From assembly GCA_965204735.1 (NCBI GenBank), contig OZ242008.1:1216001-1280000 (forward strand): 64,000 nucleotides of DNA, in the 5' to 3' direction. The notes below the pieces were generated by a model. The model saw only the letters and a program-made list of their open reading frames with translations, ran no database searches and was not told the DNA's origin. This DNA comes from Longimicrobiales bacterium (GTDB taxonomy: Bacteria; Gemmatimonadota; Gemmatimonadetes; Longimicrobiales; Gaopeijiaceae). Of this stretch, positions 46,988-57,039 are shown piece by piece. Every line of letters begins with the position of its first letter. Within the stretch, counting starts at the first letter, position 1. The position numbers and the translations under genes are program-made.

Positions 46988-47842
46988 TCACACCAGATAC
47001 CCGCCGTCCACCGGCACCACTGCGCCGGTGACGTGGCGCGCCGCCTCCGAGCAGAGGAAGAGGATCACCGACGCCACGTCCTGGGGGTCGCCCAGGCGGC
47101 CGAGGACGCTGCGCTCCCGGGCCCGGTCCATGATCTCGGCGGGCACCCGCTCGGTGAGCTCGGTGGTGCGGATGTAGCCGGGCGCGACGGCGTTCACGTT
47201 GACGTTGGACGGGCCCAGCTCGGCGGCGGCGCTCCGGGTGAGGCCGAAGAGTCCCGCCTTCGAGGAGCAGTAGTTGGCCAGGCCGAACTCGCTGGAAAGT
47301 CCGTGGACCGACGACACGTTGACGATCTTGCCGAACTCCTGGGCGCGGAAGTGGGGCGCCGCGGCCCGGGTGAAGTAGAAGGCGCCCGACAAGTTGGTGT
47401 CGATCACGGTCCGCCACTCGTCGTCGTCCATCCGCCAGAGGGCGCTGTCCCGACCCACGCCGGCGTTGTTCACCAGGAAGTGGAGGCCGCCCAGCACGGC
47501 CCGGGCCTCGCCGACGAACTCGGTCGCCTCCGCCGGGTCCCGCACGTCGCCGGGCCGCGAGAAGACCTCGACGCCGCACTCGCGCAGCTCGCTCTCCACC
47601 TCGTCGGCCACCCCCCGGCTCGCCGACCCCCGGTCCAGGTAGTTGAAGGCGACGTGGGCGCCGGCCCGGGCGAAGGCGGTCGCCGTGGCGCGGCCGATCC
47701 CGCTCGATGCGCCCGTCACCAGCGCCACCCGCCCCCGCAGCGACGGGTCCGACGCCGCCGGCTCGGGCGCCGGACGGGGAACCGGCCCGGTCAGCGCGTC
47801 GGCCGCCCCCACGGCCTCCACGGCGTCGCCGCTCGTCCTCAC
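46988..47842 (-). CDS. SDR oxidoreductase (FabG-like)
   Basis: TGASSGIG, NNAG, YCSSK and VDGG motifs. Confidence 0.92.
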   Translation of the reverse strand: MRTSGDAVEAVGAADALTGPVPRPAPEPAASDPSLRGRVALVTGASSGIGRATATAFARAGAHVAFNYLDRGSASRGVADEVESELRECGVEVFSRPGDVRDPAEATEFVGEARAVLGGLHFLVNNAGVGRDSALWRMDDDEWRTVIDTNLSGAFYFTRAAAPHFRAQEFGKIVNVSSVHGLSSEFGLANYCSSKAGLFGLTRSAAAELGPSNVNVNAVAPGYIRTTELTERVPAEIMDRARERSVLGRLGDPQDVASVILFLCSEAARHVTGAVVPVDGGYLV

Positions 47843-48522
47843 CGGCCGCCGCCCGGCTTGGCGTGCTTGATCGACTTGGCCTCGACGAGGAACACCACGT
47901 CCTCCGCGATGTTGGTCGCCAAGTCTCCGATCCGCTCCAGGTTCTGGACCACCAGGATCATCTCCAGGCCCGGGCTGATGTAGCGGGGCTGCTCCAGCAT
48001 GTACGACACGACGATCCGGAAGGCGGAACGCCGCAAGTCGTCCACTCGCTCGTCCGCCGCCACGACGCGACGGGCGACGGCGACGTCCCGGTTCACCAGC
48101 GCGCCCAGCGCGTCGTCCAGCATCGCCAGCGCCTGGTCGCCCATCTCCCGCACCTCCAGGATGTCCGGCAGCGGAGGGTGAGATGCGATCCGCTTCGTCG
48201 CCTTGGCGATGTTCACCGCGTGGTCGCCGATCCGCTCGATGTCGTTGGACGCCTTCAAGGTGACGAACGCCTGCCGCAAGTCGCCCGCGACGGGTCTCTG
48301 AAGCGCCAGGAACTCCAGCACCCGCTCGTCGATCTCCACTTCCAGGGCGTCGATCCCGTCGTCGGAGCGCCTGACCTGCTTCGAGCGGGTCGGGTCGCGT
48401 TCCGCCAAGCCGGTCATCGCCAGCCGCACGAGCTCCTCCGCCCGTCCCGCCATCTCCAGCAGCATCTCGCGGAGGCGGTCCAGCTCGGCTTCGGCCCGGC
48501 TCCTGGGGGGCGGCTCGTTCAT
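47839..48522 (-). CDS. phoU: Phosphate signalling complex protein PhoU
   Basis: QRPVAGDLR, DIERIGDHA and LERIGDLATNIAE motifs. Confidence 0.95.
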   Translation of the reverse strand: MNEPPPRSRAEAELDRLREMLLEMAGRAEELVRLAMTGLAERDPTRSKQVRRSDDGIDALEVEIDERVLEFLALQRPVAGDLRQAFVTLKASNDIERIGDHAVNIAKATKRIASHPPLPDILEVREMGDQALAMLDDALGALVNRDVAVARRVVAADERVDDLRRSAFRIVVSYMLEQPRYISPGLEMILVVQNLERIGDLATNIAEDVVFLVEAKSIKHAKPGGGR

Positions 48523-48538
48523 GGCGGGGGTGGGCGGG

Positions 48539-49354
48539 TCATGCGGGTCTCCCGGTCAGGTAGGACTCGGTGCGCTCGTCCCGAGGGTTGGTGAAGAGGG
48601 TCTCGGTGAGGCCGTACTCGACCAGCTCGCCCCCGTCCAGGTACGCGGTCAGGTCGGAGAGGCGGGCGGCCTGCTGCAGGTCGTGGGTGGCGATGACCAC
48701 GGTGTAGGCGCCCTTGAGGGCGTGGACCAGGGCCTCGATCCGGGCCGTGGCCGCCGGGTCCAGCGCCGACGTGGGCTCGTCCATGAGAAGCACGCTGGGC
48801 TTGACCGCAAGCGTCCGGGCAATGCAGAGCCGCTGCTGCTGACCCGCCGAGAGCCCCAGCGCCGGGGCGTCCAGGTCGCCGGCGACCTCCGGCCACAGGC
48901 CCGCCGCCGAGAGGACTTCCTCGACCAAGGCGTGCAGGTCTCCGTCGAAGCCGCCGGCCCGGGGTCCGAAGGCCACGTTGTCGAAGACGGAAGCGGGGAA
49001 GGGGGTCGGCTGCTGAAGCACCATGCCGATCCTCCGGCGCACCGCCACGGGGTCCACGTGGGCGGCGTAGAGGTCGAGTCCCTCGAAGCGGACTGCGCCC
49101 GTGGTGCGCGCGCCCTGCACCAGTTCGTTCATGCGGTTGAAGCAACGGAGAAGAGTGGTCTTGCCGCAACCGGACGGGCCAATGACGGACACGATCCGGC
49201 CCGGAGGGACCTCCAGGGTGACGTTCGACAGCGCGGTCCGCCCGTCGAAGCTCACCGAGAGGCCGTCGGCGGAGAGGACGGGACCGGAAGCGGCGCCGGG
49301 GTCGCCGGGCGGCCGGACGGGGGCCTTGTCGGGGCCGGAAGCCTGGAGGGTCAC
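48539..49354 (-). CDS. pstB: Phosphate ABC transporter ATPase
   Basis: GPSGCGKT, FNRMNE, LSAGQQQRLCIAR and DEPTSALDP motifs. Confidence 0.93.
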   Translation of the reverse strand: MTLQASGPDKAPVRPPGDPGAASGPVLSADGLSVSFDGRTALSNVTLEVPPGRIVSVIGPSGCGKTTLLRCFNRMNELVQGARTTGAVRFEGLDLYAAHVDPVAVRRRIGMVLQQPTPFPASVFDNVAFGPRAGGFDGDLHALVEEVLSAAGLWPEVAGDLDAPALGLSAGQQQRLCIARTLAVKPSVLLMDEPTSALDPAATARIEALVHALKGAYTVVIATHDLQQAARLSDLTAYLDGGELVEYGLTETLFTNPRDERTESYLTGRPA

Positions 49355-50193
49355 GGGCGCGCCGTCGGCATCCGCCGGCGCAGGGCCAGGACGGTCAGGT
49401 TGGCCGCCAGGAGGAGCAGCAGAAGGGCGATCGCGGCGCCGGCGGCCAGCGCGCCGAACTCGGGCTGGGAGCGGGCCGTCCAGTCGAAGATGCGGGTCGG
49501 CAGGGAGACGAGCGGATCGCCGGGCGCCGTGGGCGCGAAGGTGACGAAGGACGCGGCGCCGATCACCAGCAGCGGCGCCGCCTCGCCCACCGTGCGGGTG
49601 AAGGCGAGGCAGGCGCCGGCCGCCACCCCGGGCGCCGCCGCCGGGAGGACTTGGTGGCGCACGACCTGCCAGCGGGTCGCGCCCAGCCCGTACGCCGCGT
49701 GCCGAAGGCTCTCCGGAACGGATCGGATCGCGCCTTGCGAGGTGGCGACCACGGCCGGGAGGGCCAGCGTGGCCAGGGTGAGCCCGCCGGCCAAGATGCT
49801 CCGTCCCGCCCCCATCGCGTGAACGAAGACGGCGAGCCCCGCGACCCCGTACACCACCGACGGCACCGCCGCCATGCTTGCGGCCAGCGACCCGCCAAGG
49901 GCCGACCATCGGTTTCTGGGCGCGTACTCCTCCAGGTAGACGGCGGCGCCGACTCCCACGGGAAGCGCGAAGAGGACCGTGAGGAGGGCCAGCCAGAGCG
50001 TGCCCGCCAGCGCGGGGCCGATCCCGGCGCGGCTCGGGTCTCGAGAGGGCGGGGACGCGAAGAAGGCCGGGTCCAGCGCCTCCCAGCCGCGCGCCGCCAG
50101 GACGCCCGCCAGCAGCGCCAGGCCGGCGGCGGCGGTCCAGGCGCCCGCGCCGCACGCCGTCCCGGCCTTGCCGTGGCGACGGAAGAACTTCAC
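49351..50193 (-). CDS. pstA: Phosphate ABC transporter permease
   Basis: AVYLEEY, VPSVVYG, AYGLGATRWQ and GEAAPL motifs; GTGA coupling. Confidence 0.9.
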   Translation of the reverse strand: MKFFRRHGKAGTACGAGAWTAAAGLALLAGVLAARGWEALDPAFFASPPSRDPSRAGIGPALAGTLWLALLTVLFALPVGVGAAVYLEEYAPRNRWSALGGSLAASMAAVPSVVYGVAGLAVFVHAMGAGRSILAGGLTLATLALPAVVATSQGAIRSVPESLRHAAYGLGATRWQVVRHQVLPAAAPGVAAGACLAFTRTVGEAAPLLVIGAASFVTFAPTAPGDPLVSLPTRIFDWTARSQPEFGALAAGAAIALLLLLLAANLTVLALRRRMPTARP

Positions 50194-51242
50194 GGGTGCA
50201 GGGCCCCCAAGCGGGCGGCGGCTCCCGGGCCTGCGCCGAAGCCTCGACGGCGGCCGAAGCCTCGACGGCCGCGGGGGGACGGACCGGGCCGTCGGGAGAG
50301 GAGCGCCCTGCCCGCCGCATGGGTTCCGAAGGCGAGAAGGAAGAGGACCGCCGCGGCGGCGAAGACGGCCCGGTAGGCCAGCGTGCCCGGCGCGGCGTCG
50401 CCCATGTTCATCTGGGCGATGAAGGTGGTGAGGGTCCGGAGCCCTTCCAGGGGACTCCACGCCAGACGGGCCTGGTTGCCCGCGGCCATCGTCACGATCA
50501 TCGTCTCGCCGGCGCCCCGGGCCAGGGCGAGAACGACGGCCGCCGCGATCCCCCGGCCCGCGGCCGGCGCGACGACGCGGGCCAGGACCCGGCCCCGGCT
50601 CGCGCCCAGCGCCAGTCCCGCCTCGAGCAGCGAGCGGGGAACCGAGTCCAGCGCCTGCCGCGACACCACCGCCACCGTAGGCAGGATCATGAGCCCGACC
50701 ACCAGGCACGCGGCCAAGCCGTTGAAGGGCTCGACGGTGGGCCAGACGCGCCGGAGCGCGGGCGTGACGAACTCAAGGGCGAGGTAGCCCAGCACCACGG
50801 TGGGCACGCCGGACAGCAGAGTCACCGACGCGGACAGGAAGCGCTCCGTCCGAGCGCCGGCGTAGTAGGCAAGGTAGGCGGCGGTGGCCAGACCGGCGGG
50901 CGCGGCGAAGAGCGCGGCCCCGGCGGCGACCTGCGCCGTGGCGGCCAGCAGGGGGAGCACGCCGAAGCGAGGCTCCTCTGCGAACGGCGCCCACGAGCCT
51001 TCGGTCAGGAACCGCGCCAGAGGGACCTCGGCAAAGAACGACGCCGTCTGCCGGGCCAGCGCCCAGACGACCGTGGCGAAGGCCGCGGCCGCCACCAGGG
51101 CGCATGCGGCGAACGCCCACCGGGCCAGCCGCTCGCCGAGCGCGCGGGACGCCGTGGCCGCCCCCGAGAAGCCGTCGAGGTTGGCCCCGGGGCCGGACTT
51201 CGTCGGAGAGCCGGTCGGCGTCGAGGCGCCCGCGAGCCTCAC
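50190..51242 (-). CDS. pstC: Phosphate ABC transporter permease
   Basis: FLTEGSWAP...FGVLPL, GVPTVVLG and RGAGETMIV motifs; GTGA coupling. Confidence 0.9.
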   Translation of the reverse strand: MRLAGASTPTGSPTKSGPGANLDGFSGAATASRALGERLARWAFAACALVAAAAFATVVWALARQTASFFAEVPLARFLTEGSWAPFAEEPRFGVLPLLAATAQVAAGAALFAAPAGLATAAYLAYYAGARTERFLSASVTLLSGVPTVVLGYLALEFVTPALRRVWPTVEPFNGLAACLVVGLMILPTVAVVSRQALDSVPRSLLEAGLALGASRGRVLARVVAPAAGRGIAAAVVLALARGAGETMIVTMAAGNQARLAWSPLEGLRTLTTFIAQMNMGDAAPGTLAYRAVFAAAAVLFLLAFGTHAAGRALLSRRPGPSPRGRRGFGRRRGFGAGPGAAARLGALHP

Positions 51243-53923
51243 CAAGCCGTCCGCTCCAGCAGAGCTTCGCTCCGGGCGTGCTCGCCGGCGGGGAGGGGGA
51301 CGTACCCGGCCTCTGCGGCGAGCGCCTGGCCCGCCGCGACGAAGAACGAAGCGAACTCGCGGACCGCCGGCCGCGCCAGGGCGGCTTGGCGGACGTAGAT
51401 GTAGAGGTCGCGCACCAGCGGACTGTAGCGACCGTCGGCAAGGGACTCGCGGGACGGGAGCACGCAGCCGAAGCCCGCGTCCACCGCCACGGCCTTGAGC
51501 GCCCCTCGGTTGGCCTGGTAGTGGGCGTAGCCGAAGTATCCCAGCGCCCACCGGTGCCCGGCCACGCCCCGAGCCACCAAGTGGTCGCTTTCGGTCTGAT
51601 GGTAGTCGGCGCGGCTGGCGCCCGTCCGGCCCGCCACCACCCTGGTGAAGAAGTCGAAGGTGCCCGAGTCGGGACCCGGACCGTAGAGGCGCACTTTCTC
51701 GGCGGGCAGGCCGGGACGCAGGTCGCGCCAAGTGGCCACGCGGCTCGACGGCGCCCAGACGCGCTCCAGCTCGTCCAGCGTCAGGCACTCCACGCCGTGG
51801 TTGCCCGGGTTGACCACCACCGTCAAGCCGTCCCGGGCGACGGGAAGCGCCAGGTAGCGGGCGTCGGTCCTCCGGCAGCGAGCTTCCTCCTCCTCCGTCA
51901 TGAGGCGCGAGGCGCCCGCCACGTCCACTTCGCCCTCGCAGAGCCGCCTGAAGCCGCCTCCCGAGCCCGAGAGGCTCACCGCCACGCGATGCTCGGGGCT
52001 GCGGCGCGCAAACTCCTCCGCCACCGCTTCCGCCAGCGGACCGAGAGTGCTCGACCCTCCGACGGCCACCGCTCGCCCAGGGTCGCCGCTCCCGCCGGGC
52101 GCGCACGCCAGGAGCAGAGCGACGGCCAGACCGGCGCCCGCGGCGACCCCGCGAGCCGCCGGGCGACCGGCTTCCTCGCCGCCCGCCGTTCCCTCCAGCG
52201 GCAAGGTGAAGCCGATCGTCGTGCCCGCGCCCAGCGCGCTCTGCGCAGAGACTTCGCCCCCCATGCTGGAGACCAGGTGTCGGACGATGGCCAGTCCCAG
52301 TCCCGTGCCGCCGCCCGGTCGGGAGCGGGCCGCGTCGATCCGATAGAAGCGCTCGAAGATGCGCGGCAGCGCGGACGCGGGGATGCCGGCCCCGTTGTCG
52401 CGCACGGCGATCCGCAGCCGTTCGTCCTCCTCGTCGATCTCCACGCGGACCCGGCCGCCCTTGTCGGGGACGTGCTTCATGGCGTTCTCGAAGAGGTTGC
52501 GAAGCACCTGATACACCGCCTGTTCGTCCCCCGACGCCACCCCGTCTCCCGAGACGCTGAACTTCACCCCGCGGGCCGCGGCTTCGTCCTCCATCTCCTC
52601 CCAGACGGACCACGCGACTTCGCCGACGAGCACCGGCGCGTGCTGGGGGCGCCAAGCGCCCGACTCGTACCGGGAAAGGTCCAGCAAGTCGTCCACCATG
52701 CGCTGCAGCCGCACGGTGTTGCGCCCGATGGACCGAAGGAACTGGCTGCGAAGCTCCGGGGGCACGTCTTCCTCCAAGACCGTCTCGGCCGCGACGCGAA
52801 TGACGGTCAGCGGCGTCTTCAGCTCGTGGGAAGCGTTGGCCACGAAGTCGGAGCGCACCTCCTCCAGTCGGCGAAGCTCCGTCACGTCCACCAGGACGGC
52901 CACGGACTCCCCCTCCGACCCCCGAGTGGTGCGCACGTCCAGCTTCCGCCCGCCCAGATCGATCTCCAGGCGGCCCTCGCGCCGGTCCACCGACTTCTCG
53001 AGCAAGTCGCGGAGGACCGGGTCCCGCACGACCGAGCCCACGGGGGCCAGCCTGGGCACGTCCGCTACGCCGAGCAGCTTCTTCGCCGCCGGGTTGATGC
53101 GCAGGATGCGGGCGTCGGCGGTGAGCGCCACCAGCCCCTCCGCCACCCGGTCCACCAGCCCCGCCAGCTCGTCCCGCTCCCGAGCGGCCCGCGCGGACTG
53201 CACGTCCAGCTGGGTTCGCGCCCGGTTCGCCGCCGAAGCCGTGCGGGCAAGCTCGGCCACGGGCGAGAGCGGCGCCCTGGGACCGGCAGGCCGCCCGGCG
53301 CCGACGCCCGAGAGCAGGCCGCCCACGGCGTTCAGCGACCGGACGACGCCTCCGAGGAACCAGTGCAGCGCCGCGATCGAGACGACGGCGGCGGCCAGCA
53401 CGGCCAGGGCCGCGTTGCGCGCCGCCCGCGCCGCAGCCTCCTCGACGGGCTCGGCCGGGGCGCCGAAGCGGACCACGACGGTCTCGCCGCGCCAGTACGC
53501 CCGGGCCGCGGCGAAGACGTAGGGACGCCCGTCCACCTCCCCCGCGCGCCGGGAGAACGTCACCGCCCGGGCGTCTCGAAGCGCCTCTTCCACTTCGGGG
53601 CGCTGCGTCCCGCCCGCGGCCTCCAGCGCTTCCGCGCCGTCGGCGAGCTGCGGATCCGCCACCAGCTTCATGTCGCCGTCGAAGACGCTGGTCCGGTACC
53701 GGGTCGTGGCGGCCAAGGCGCTGGCCACGCTGTCCAGGGCGAGGTCCTGGGACGCCCGCAGCCGTTCGGCCCCCAGCCGCACCGCGCGGCCCAGGTGCTC
53801 CCGGACCTCCTCCGTCAGGGCCCGCTCGGTGGTGGCGCGGGTCGCCGCCCAGGCCGCCGCCGCCGCGAGCACGGCCGCCCCGGCCGCTCCCGCCAGGGCG
53901 GCAGGCCGCAGCGCAACCCTCAC
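51239..53923 (-). CDS. PhoR-like sensor histidine kinase fused in frame to a C-terminal PstS phosphate-binding domain
   Basis: DFVANASHELKTPLT, NLFENA, FERFYR and GTGLGL, then LLAC, GSSTL, GSGGGF, DSGTFDFF and GYFGYAHY with no stop between. Confidence 0.9.
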   Translation of the reverse strand: MRVALRPAALAGAAGAAVLAAAAAWAATRATTERALTEEVREHLGRAVRLGAERLRASQDLALDSVASALAATTRYRTSVFDGDMKLVADPQLADGAEALEAAGGTQRPEVEEALRDARAVTFSRRAGEVDGRPYVFAAARAYWRGETVVVRFGAPAEPVEEAAARAARNAALAVLAAAVVSIAALHWFLGGVVRSLNAVGGLLSGVGAGRPAGPRAPLSPVAELARTASAANRARTQLDVQSARAARERDELAGLVDRVAEGLVALTADARILRINPAAKKLLGVADVPRLAPVGSVVRDPVLRDLLEKSVDRREGRLEIDLGGRKLDVRTTRGSEGESVAVLVDVTELRRLEEVRSDFVANASHELKTPLTVIRVAAETVLEEDVPPELRSQFLRSIGRNTVRLQRMVDDLLDLSRYESGAWRPQHAPVLVGEVAWSVWEEMEDEAAARGVKFSVSGDGVASGDEQAVYQVLRNLFENAMKHVPDKGGRVRVEIDEEDERLRIAVRDNGAGIPASALPRIFERFYRIDAARSRPGGGTGLGLAIVRHLVSSMGGEVSAQSALGAGTTIGFTLPLEGTAGGEEAGRPAARGVAAGAGLAVALLLACAPGGSGDPGRAVAVGGSSTLGPLAEAVAEEFARRSPEHRVAVSLSGSGGGFRRLCEGEVDVAGASRLMTEEEEARCRRTDARYLALPVARDGLTVVVNPGNHGVECLTLDELERVWAPSSRVATWRDLRPGLPAEKVRLYGPGPDSGTFDFFTRVVAGRTGASRADYHQTESDHLVARGVAGHRWALGYFGYAHYQANRGALKAVAVDAGFGCVLPSRESLADGRYSPLVRDLYIYVRQAALARPAVREFASFFVAAGQALAAEAGYVPLPAGEHARSEALLERTAW

Positions 53924-53956
53924 GCGCGCCTTCCCCGCTCGGCGGCCACGGCCCGG

Positions 53957-54706
53957 CTACCGTCCTCGGAACCGATACCCGAACCCTCGGACCGTCTCGA
54001 TCCAGCCGCCCGCCTCGCCCAGCTTGGCGCGCAGGCGGCGAACGTGCATGTCCACGGTTCGGGTTCCGCGCCTGCCGCCCAGCCGGTGCTTCGCGTCCTG
54101 GTCCCAGGCTTCGCCCAGGAGCTCTCGGCGGCTCTGGGTCCGCCCCCGGCGCTCCATCAGCGTCTTCAGCAGCCGGAACTCGGTCGGCGTGAGCTGGACG
54201 CGCTTTCCATCCACCGTGACGGCGTTCGACCCCAGGTCGACCCTGAGAGGACCCCTGGAGAGGACGCGGGCGCCGGCCGCGGGCGCCACCCCCTCGCCCT
54301 GGGCCCGTCGCAGGATCGCCTCGATCCGGAGCATCAGCTCTCGGGAGCTGAAGGGCTTGGAAAGGTAGTCGTCCGCTCCCAGCTCCAGTCCCTCGATCCG
54401 GTCGTCGCGGTCGTCCTTGGCGGTGAGCATCAGCACGGGCAAGCCCTTGGTCGCGGGCTCTTCCCGGATCGCCCGGAGCACGTCGTCGCCCGACGCGCCG
54501 GGAAGCATCCGGTCGAGCACCACGAAGTCGGGGATCTCGCGGCGGAGCGAGAAGAGCCCCTCGACGCCGTCGGCCGCCGTCTCCACCCGATACCCGGCCT
54601 TGGCGAGCTGGTAGGCGACGAGACCGGCGATCTCCGCGTCGTCCTCGACCACCAGCACTCGGGACCGGGGCTTGGGCACGCGGGCGCGGGCGATGCCGCC
54701 GCTCAC
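53957..54706 (-). CDS. phoB: OmpR/PhoB family response regulator
   Basis: VVEDD, LDRMLP, GADDYLSKPF, RTVDMHVRRLR and TVRGFGY motifs; pho operon context. Confidence 0.88.
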   Translation of the reverse strand: MSGGIARARVPKPRSRVLVVEDDAEIAGLVAYQLAKAGYRVETAADGVEGLFSLRREIPDFVVLDRMLPGASGDDVLRAIREEPATKGLPVLMLTAKDDRDDRIEGLELGADDYLSKPFSSRELMLRIEAILRRAQGEGVAPAAGARVLSRGPLRVDLGSNAVTVDGKRVQLTPTEFRLLKTLMERRGRTQSRRELLGEAWDQDAKHRLGGRRGTRTVDMHVRRLRAKLGEAGGWIETVRGFGYRFRGR

Positions 54707-55989
54707 TTGGCCGGCTTCCCGCTCGCGGCCCCGCTCGCCTTCGCCACGGCCAGCACTTCCGCCTCCGACAGTGTGTGGTCCGCCGACTTGGCCTTCTGCA
54801 GGACGCGGGCGGCCAGATCCGGGTGGCTCGGGTCGTACCCCCGCTTCGCGAGCCAGTACTTGACGTTGGAAAGCCCCGACATCGGGCCGATCTCGATCTG
54901 CTGACGACGGCCCACCATCGAGGCGGGCACGCTGGAGTACACCCGGTCCGCGAGCCAGCGGGCCCCCTTCGCTTCGGCCTTGACGATGGCGGCCGCGTGG
55001 ACGCCGGTGGCGGTGCGGAAGGCGTCGGCGCCCAGGACGGGGTAGTTGGGCGGAAGAGGCACGCCGCACTCCTGCGCGACAAGCTCGCAGTACTCGGCCA
55101 GGCGGGTCAGGTCGGCGTCGTGAACGCCGGCCATGGCCAAGTTCACCAGCAGCAGGTCCATCTCGACGTTGCCCACCCGCTCGCCGATTCCCATCGCCGT
55201 GCCATGGATCCGGTCGGCGCCGGCGTCGATCGCGGCCAGGGCGCCGGCCAAGCCCAGTCCCCGGTCTCGGTGGCCGTGCCAGTCGAGCTTCACGTTGGCG
55301 CCCGAGGGATCGACGATCTCGCGGCGGACGAAGCGGATCAGCGCTCGAACGCCCGACGGCGTGGCGTGGCCCACGGTGTCCGAGAGGCAGATCCGCCGGG
55401 CGCCCCACTCGATGGCGTGTCCGTAGAGCGCCTTCAGCGTCTCGGGGTCGGCCCGGGTGGTGTCCTCGGTGACGAACATGACCGGCAGCCCCTCCTTCAC
55501 GCAGAACTCCACCGACTCCTCGGCCGTCCGCAGCATCGTGTCCAGCGACCAGTCCTCGGCGTAGAGGCGGATCGGGGAGCTGCCGATGAACACGCACACC
55601 TCCAGGCGAACGCCCGTCTTCTGGGAGATGCGGGCGGCGGGCTCCACGTCGGCCAAGACGGTGCGTGCGGCGCAGTTGGGCGCCACCGCCAGTCGCGAGT
55701 CGCGGATCTCCTCGCAGAGGCGCGTCACGTCGTTCACGGCCCGGGGGCCCGCGCCGGGAAGCCCCACGTCGGCCGCGTGTATGCCGAGCTCGGCCATGAT
55801 GTGGAGCAGGCGGACCTTGGCCTCGATGGGAGGGTCGGTCACCGAGGGCGACTGGAGGCCGTCGCGCAGCGTCTCGTCGTCCAGCTCCACGTGGCGGCCC
55901 CACGACAGCGTGTCGAACTCGGCGACGTTCCAGTCGTGGATCAGCCCTTGGTGCTCGAGCCCCTCGGGCTCCGCTTCGCCGTGCTTCAT
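54703..55989 (-). CDS. LeuA-family (DRE-TIM) 2-isopropylmalate/homocitrate synthase-like enzyme, short form
   Basis: DETLRDGLQ, HGHRDRG and GIGERVGN motifs; no C-terminal regulatory domain. Confidence 0.85.
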   Translation of the reverse strand: MKHGEAEPEGLEHQGLIHDWNVAEFDTLSWGRHVELDDETLRDGLQSPSVTDPPIEAKVRLLHIMAELGIHAADVGLPGAGPRAVNDVTRLCEEIRDSRLAVAPNCAARTVLADVEPAARISQKTGVRLEVCVFIGSSPIRLYAEDWSLDTMLRTAEESVEFCVKEGLPVMFVTEDTTRADPETLKALYGHAIEWGARRICLSDTVGHATPSGVRALIRFVRREIVDPSGANVKLDWHGHRDRGLGLAGALAAIDAGADRIHGTAMGIGERVGNVEMDLLLVNLAMAGVHDADLTRLAEYCELVAQECGVPLPPNYPVLGADAFRTATGVHAAAIVKAEAKGARWLADRVYSSVPASMVGRRQQIEIGPMSGLSNVKYWLAKRGYDPSHPDLAARVLQKAKSADHTLSEAEVLAVAKASGAASGKPAK

Positions 55990-56034
55990 CTCGCCTCCGT
56001 CGGTGGCTGGTCCCGTCCCTACAGATTGGTCCTT

Positions 56035-57039
56035 CTACCGGGTCGTGGAAAGCACCTCCGAGTGGGGGGCCGCGTGAAGGGTCCCGCGAAAGCCCCGCAC
56101 CCGTGCCCCTTCGCCCACCACCGAGTCGCGCAGGCGGCTCCCTTCCACGACCGCCTCGGCGCCGACGATCGAGTCGTCCAGGTCGGAGCCCGCGACCCGG
56201 GCGCCCGCCTCCACCGTGACGTTGGCCCCGATCCGCGAACCGGTCACCACCGCGCCCGCCTCGATCCTCGCCACGGGCGACACCTCCGAGTCCGCCACCG
56301 ACGCGCCCTCCTGCGCGCCCCCTCGGCAACGGCGCAGCAGGTGGCCGTTGGTGGCCAGCAGCGTCTCGGGCTTGCCCGCGTCGTGCCATCCGTCCACGGG
56401 GGCCGTGGCCAGCTTCGCGCCCTGGTCCACCATGTACTGGAACGCGTCGGTCAGGTAGCGCTCGCCGGAGGGACCGGAAGGCGAGGCCGCGACGTGGTCG
56501 ATTCCCTCGAAGAGCAGGGCGTGGTCGCGGACGTAGTACAGCCCGACGTTGGCCAGCCGGGAGACGGGCTCCCGGGGCTTCTCCACGATCCGCGCCAGGT
56601 CCCCCGCCTCGTCGGCGACGACGACGCCGTAGCGCCGCCAGTCCTCCACCTCCGCGACCCAGATCGCCCCCGCCTTCTCCGCCGGCAGCGTCCGGATCGC
56701 TCCCCACTCCACTTCGAAGACGGCGTCCGCCAGGACGATCAGCAGCTCCTCGTCGGCCCAGGAGCGGGCAAGGGCCACGGCGCCGGCGGTCCCGTCCTGC
56801 ACTTCCTGGACCAGGTAGCGGGGACGCAGGTCCGGGTGGCGGCGGGCCACGTGGGACCGGATCGCGTTCTGAAGGTGGCCCACGATCAGCGCCACTTCGG
56901 CGACGCCGATCTTCCGCAGGTCGTCCAGCAGGTAGTCGAGCACGGGCTTGCCCGCGACCCGGAGAAGGGGCTTGGGCACGACGTGGGTGTGGGGCCGGAG
57001 GCGGGTGCCCTTCCCGGCCAAGGGGATGACGGCTTTCAT
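56035..57039 (-). CDS. Sugar-phosphate nucleotidyltransferase (glucose-1-phosphate thymidylyltransferase long-form-like)
   Basis: AGKGTRLRP, PKPL and VEKP motifs; C-terminal hexapeptide repeats. Confidence 0.9.
   Translation of the reverse strand: MKAVIPLAGKGTRLRPHTHVVPKPLLRVAGKPVLDYLLDDLRKIGVAEVALIVGHLQNAIRSHVARRHPDLRPRYLVQEVQDGTAGAVALARSWADEELLIVLADAVFEVEWGAIRTLPAEKAGAIWVAEVEDWRRYGVVVADEAGDLARIVEKPREPVSRLANVGLYYVRDHALLFEGIDHVAASPSGPSGERYLTDAFQYMVDQGAKLATAPVDGWHDAGKPETLLATNGHLLRRCRGGAQEGASVADSEVSPVARIEAGAVVTGSRIGANVTVEAGARVAGSDLDDSIVGAEAVVEGSRLRDSVVGEGARVRGFRGTLHAAPHSEVLSTTR

Noticed and set aside
50235..50275. 18 bp duplication at the pstC 3' end, and similar short duplications near 15460-15500, 31105-31130 and 32941-32976
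   Set aside because: Short local slippage events with no evident function
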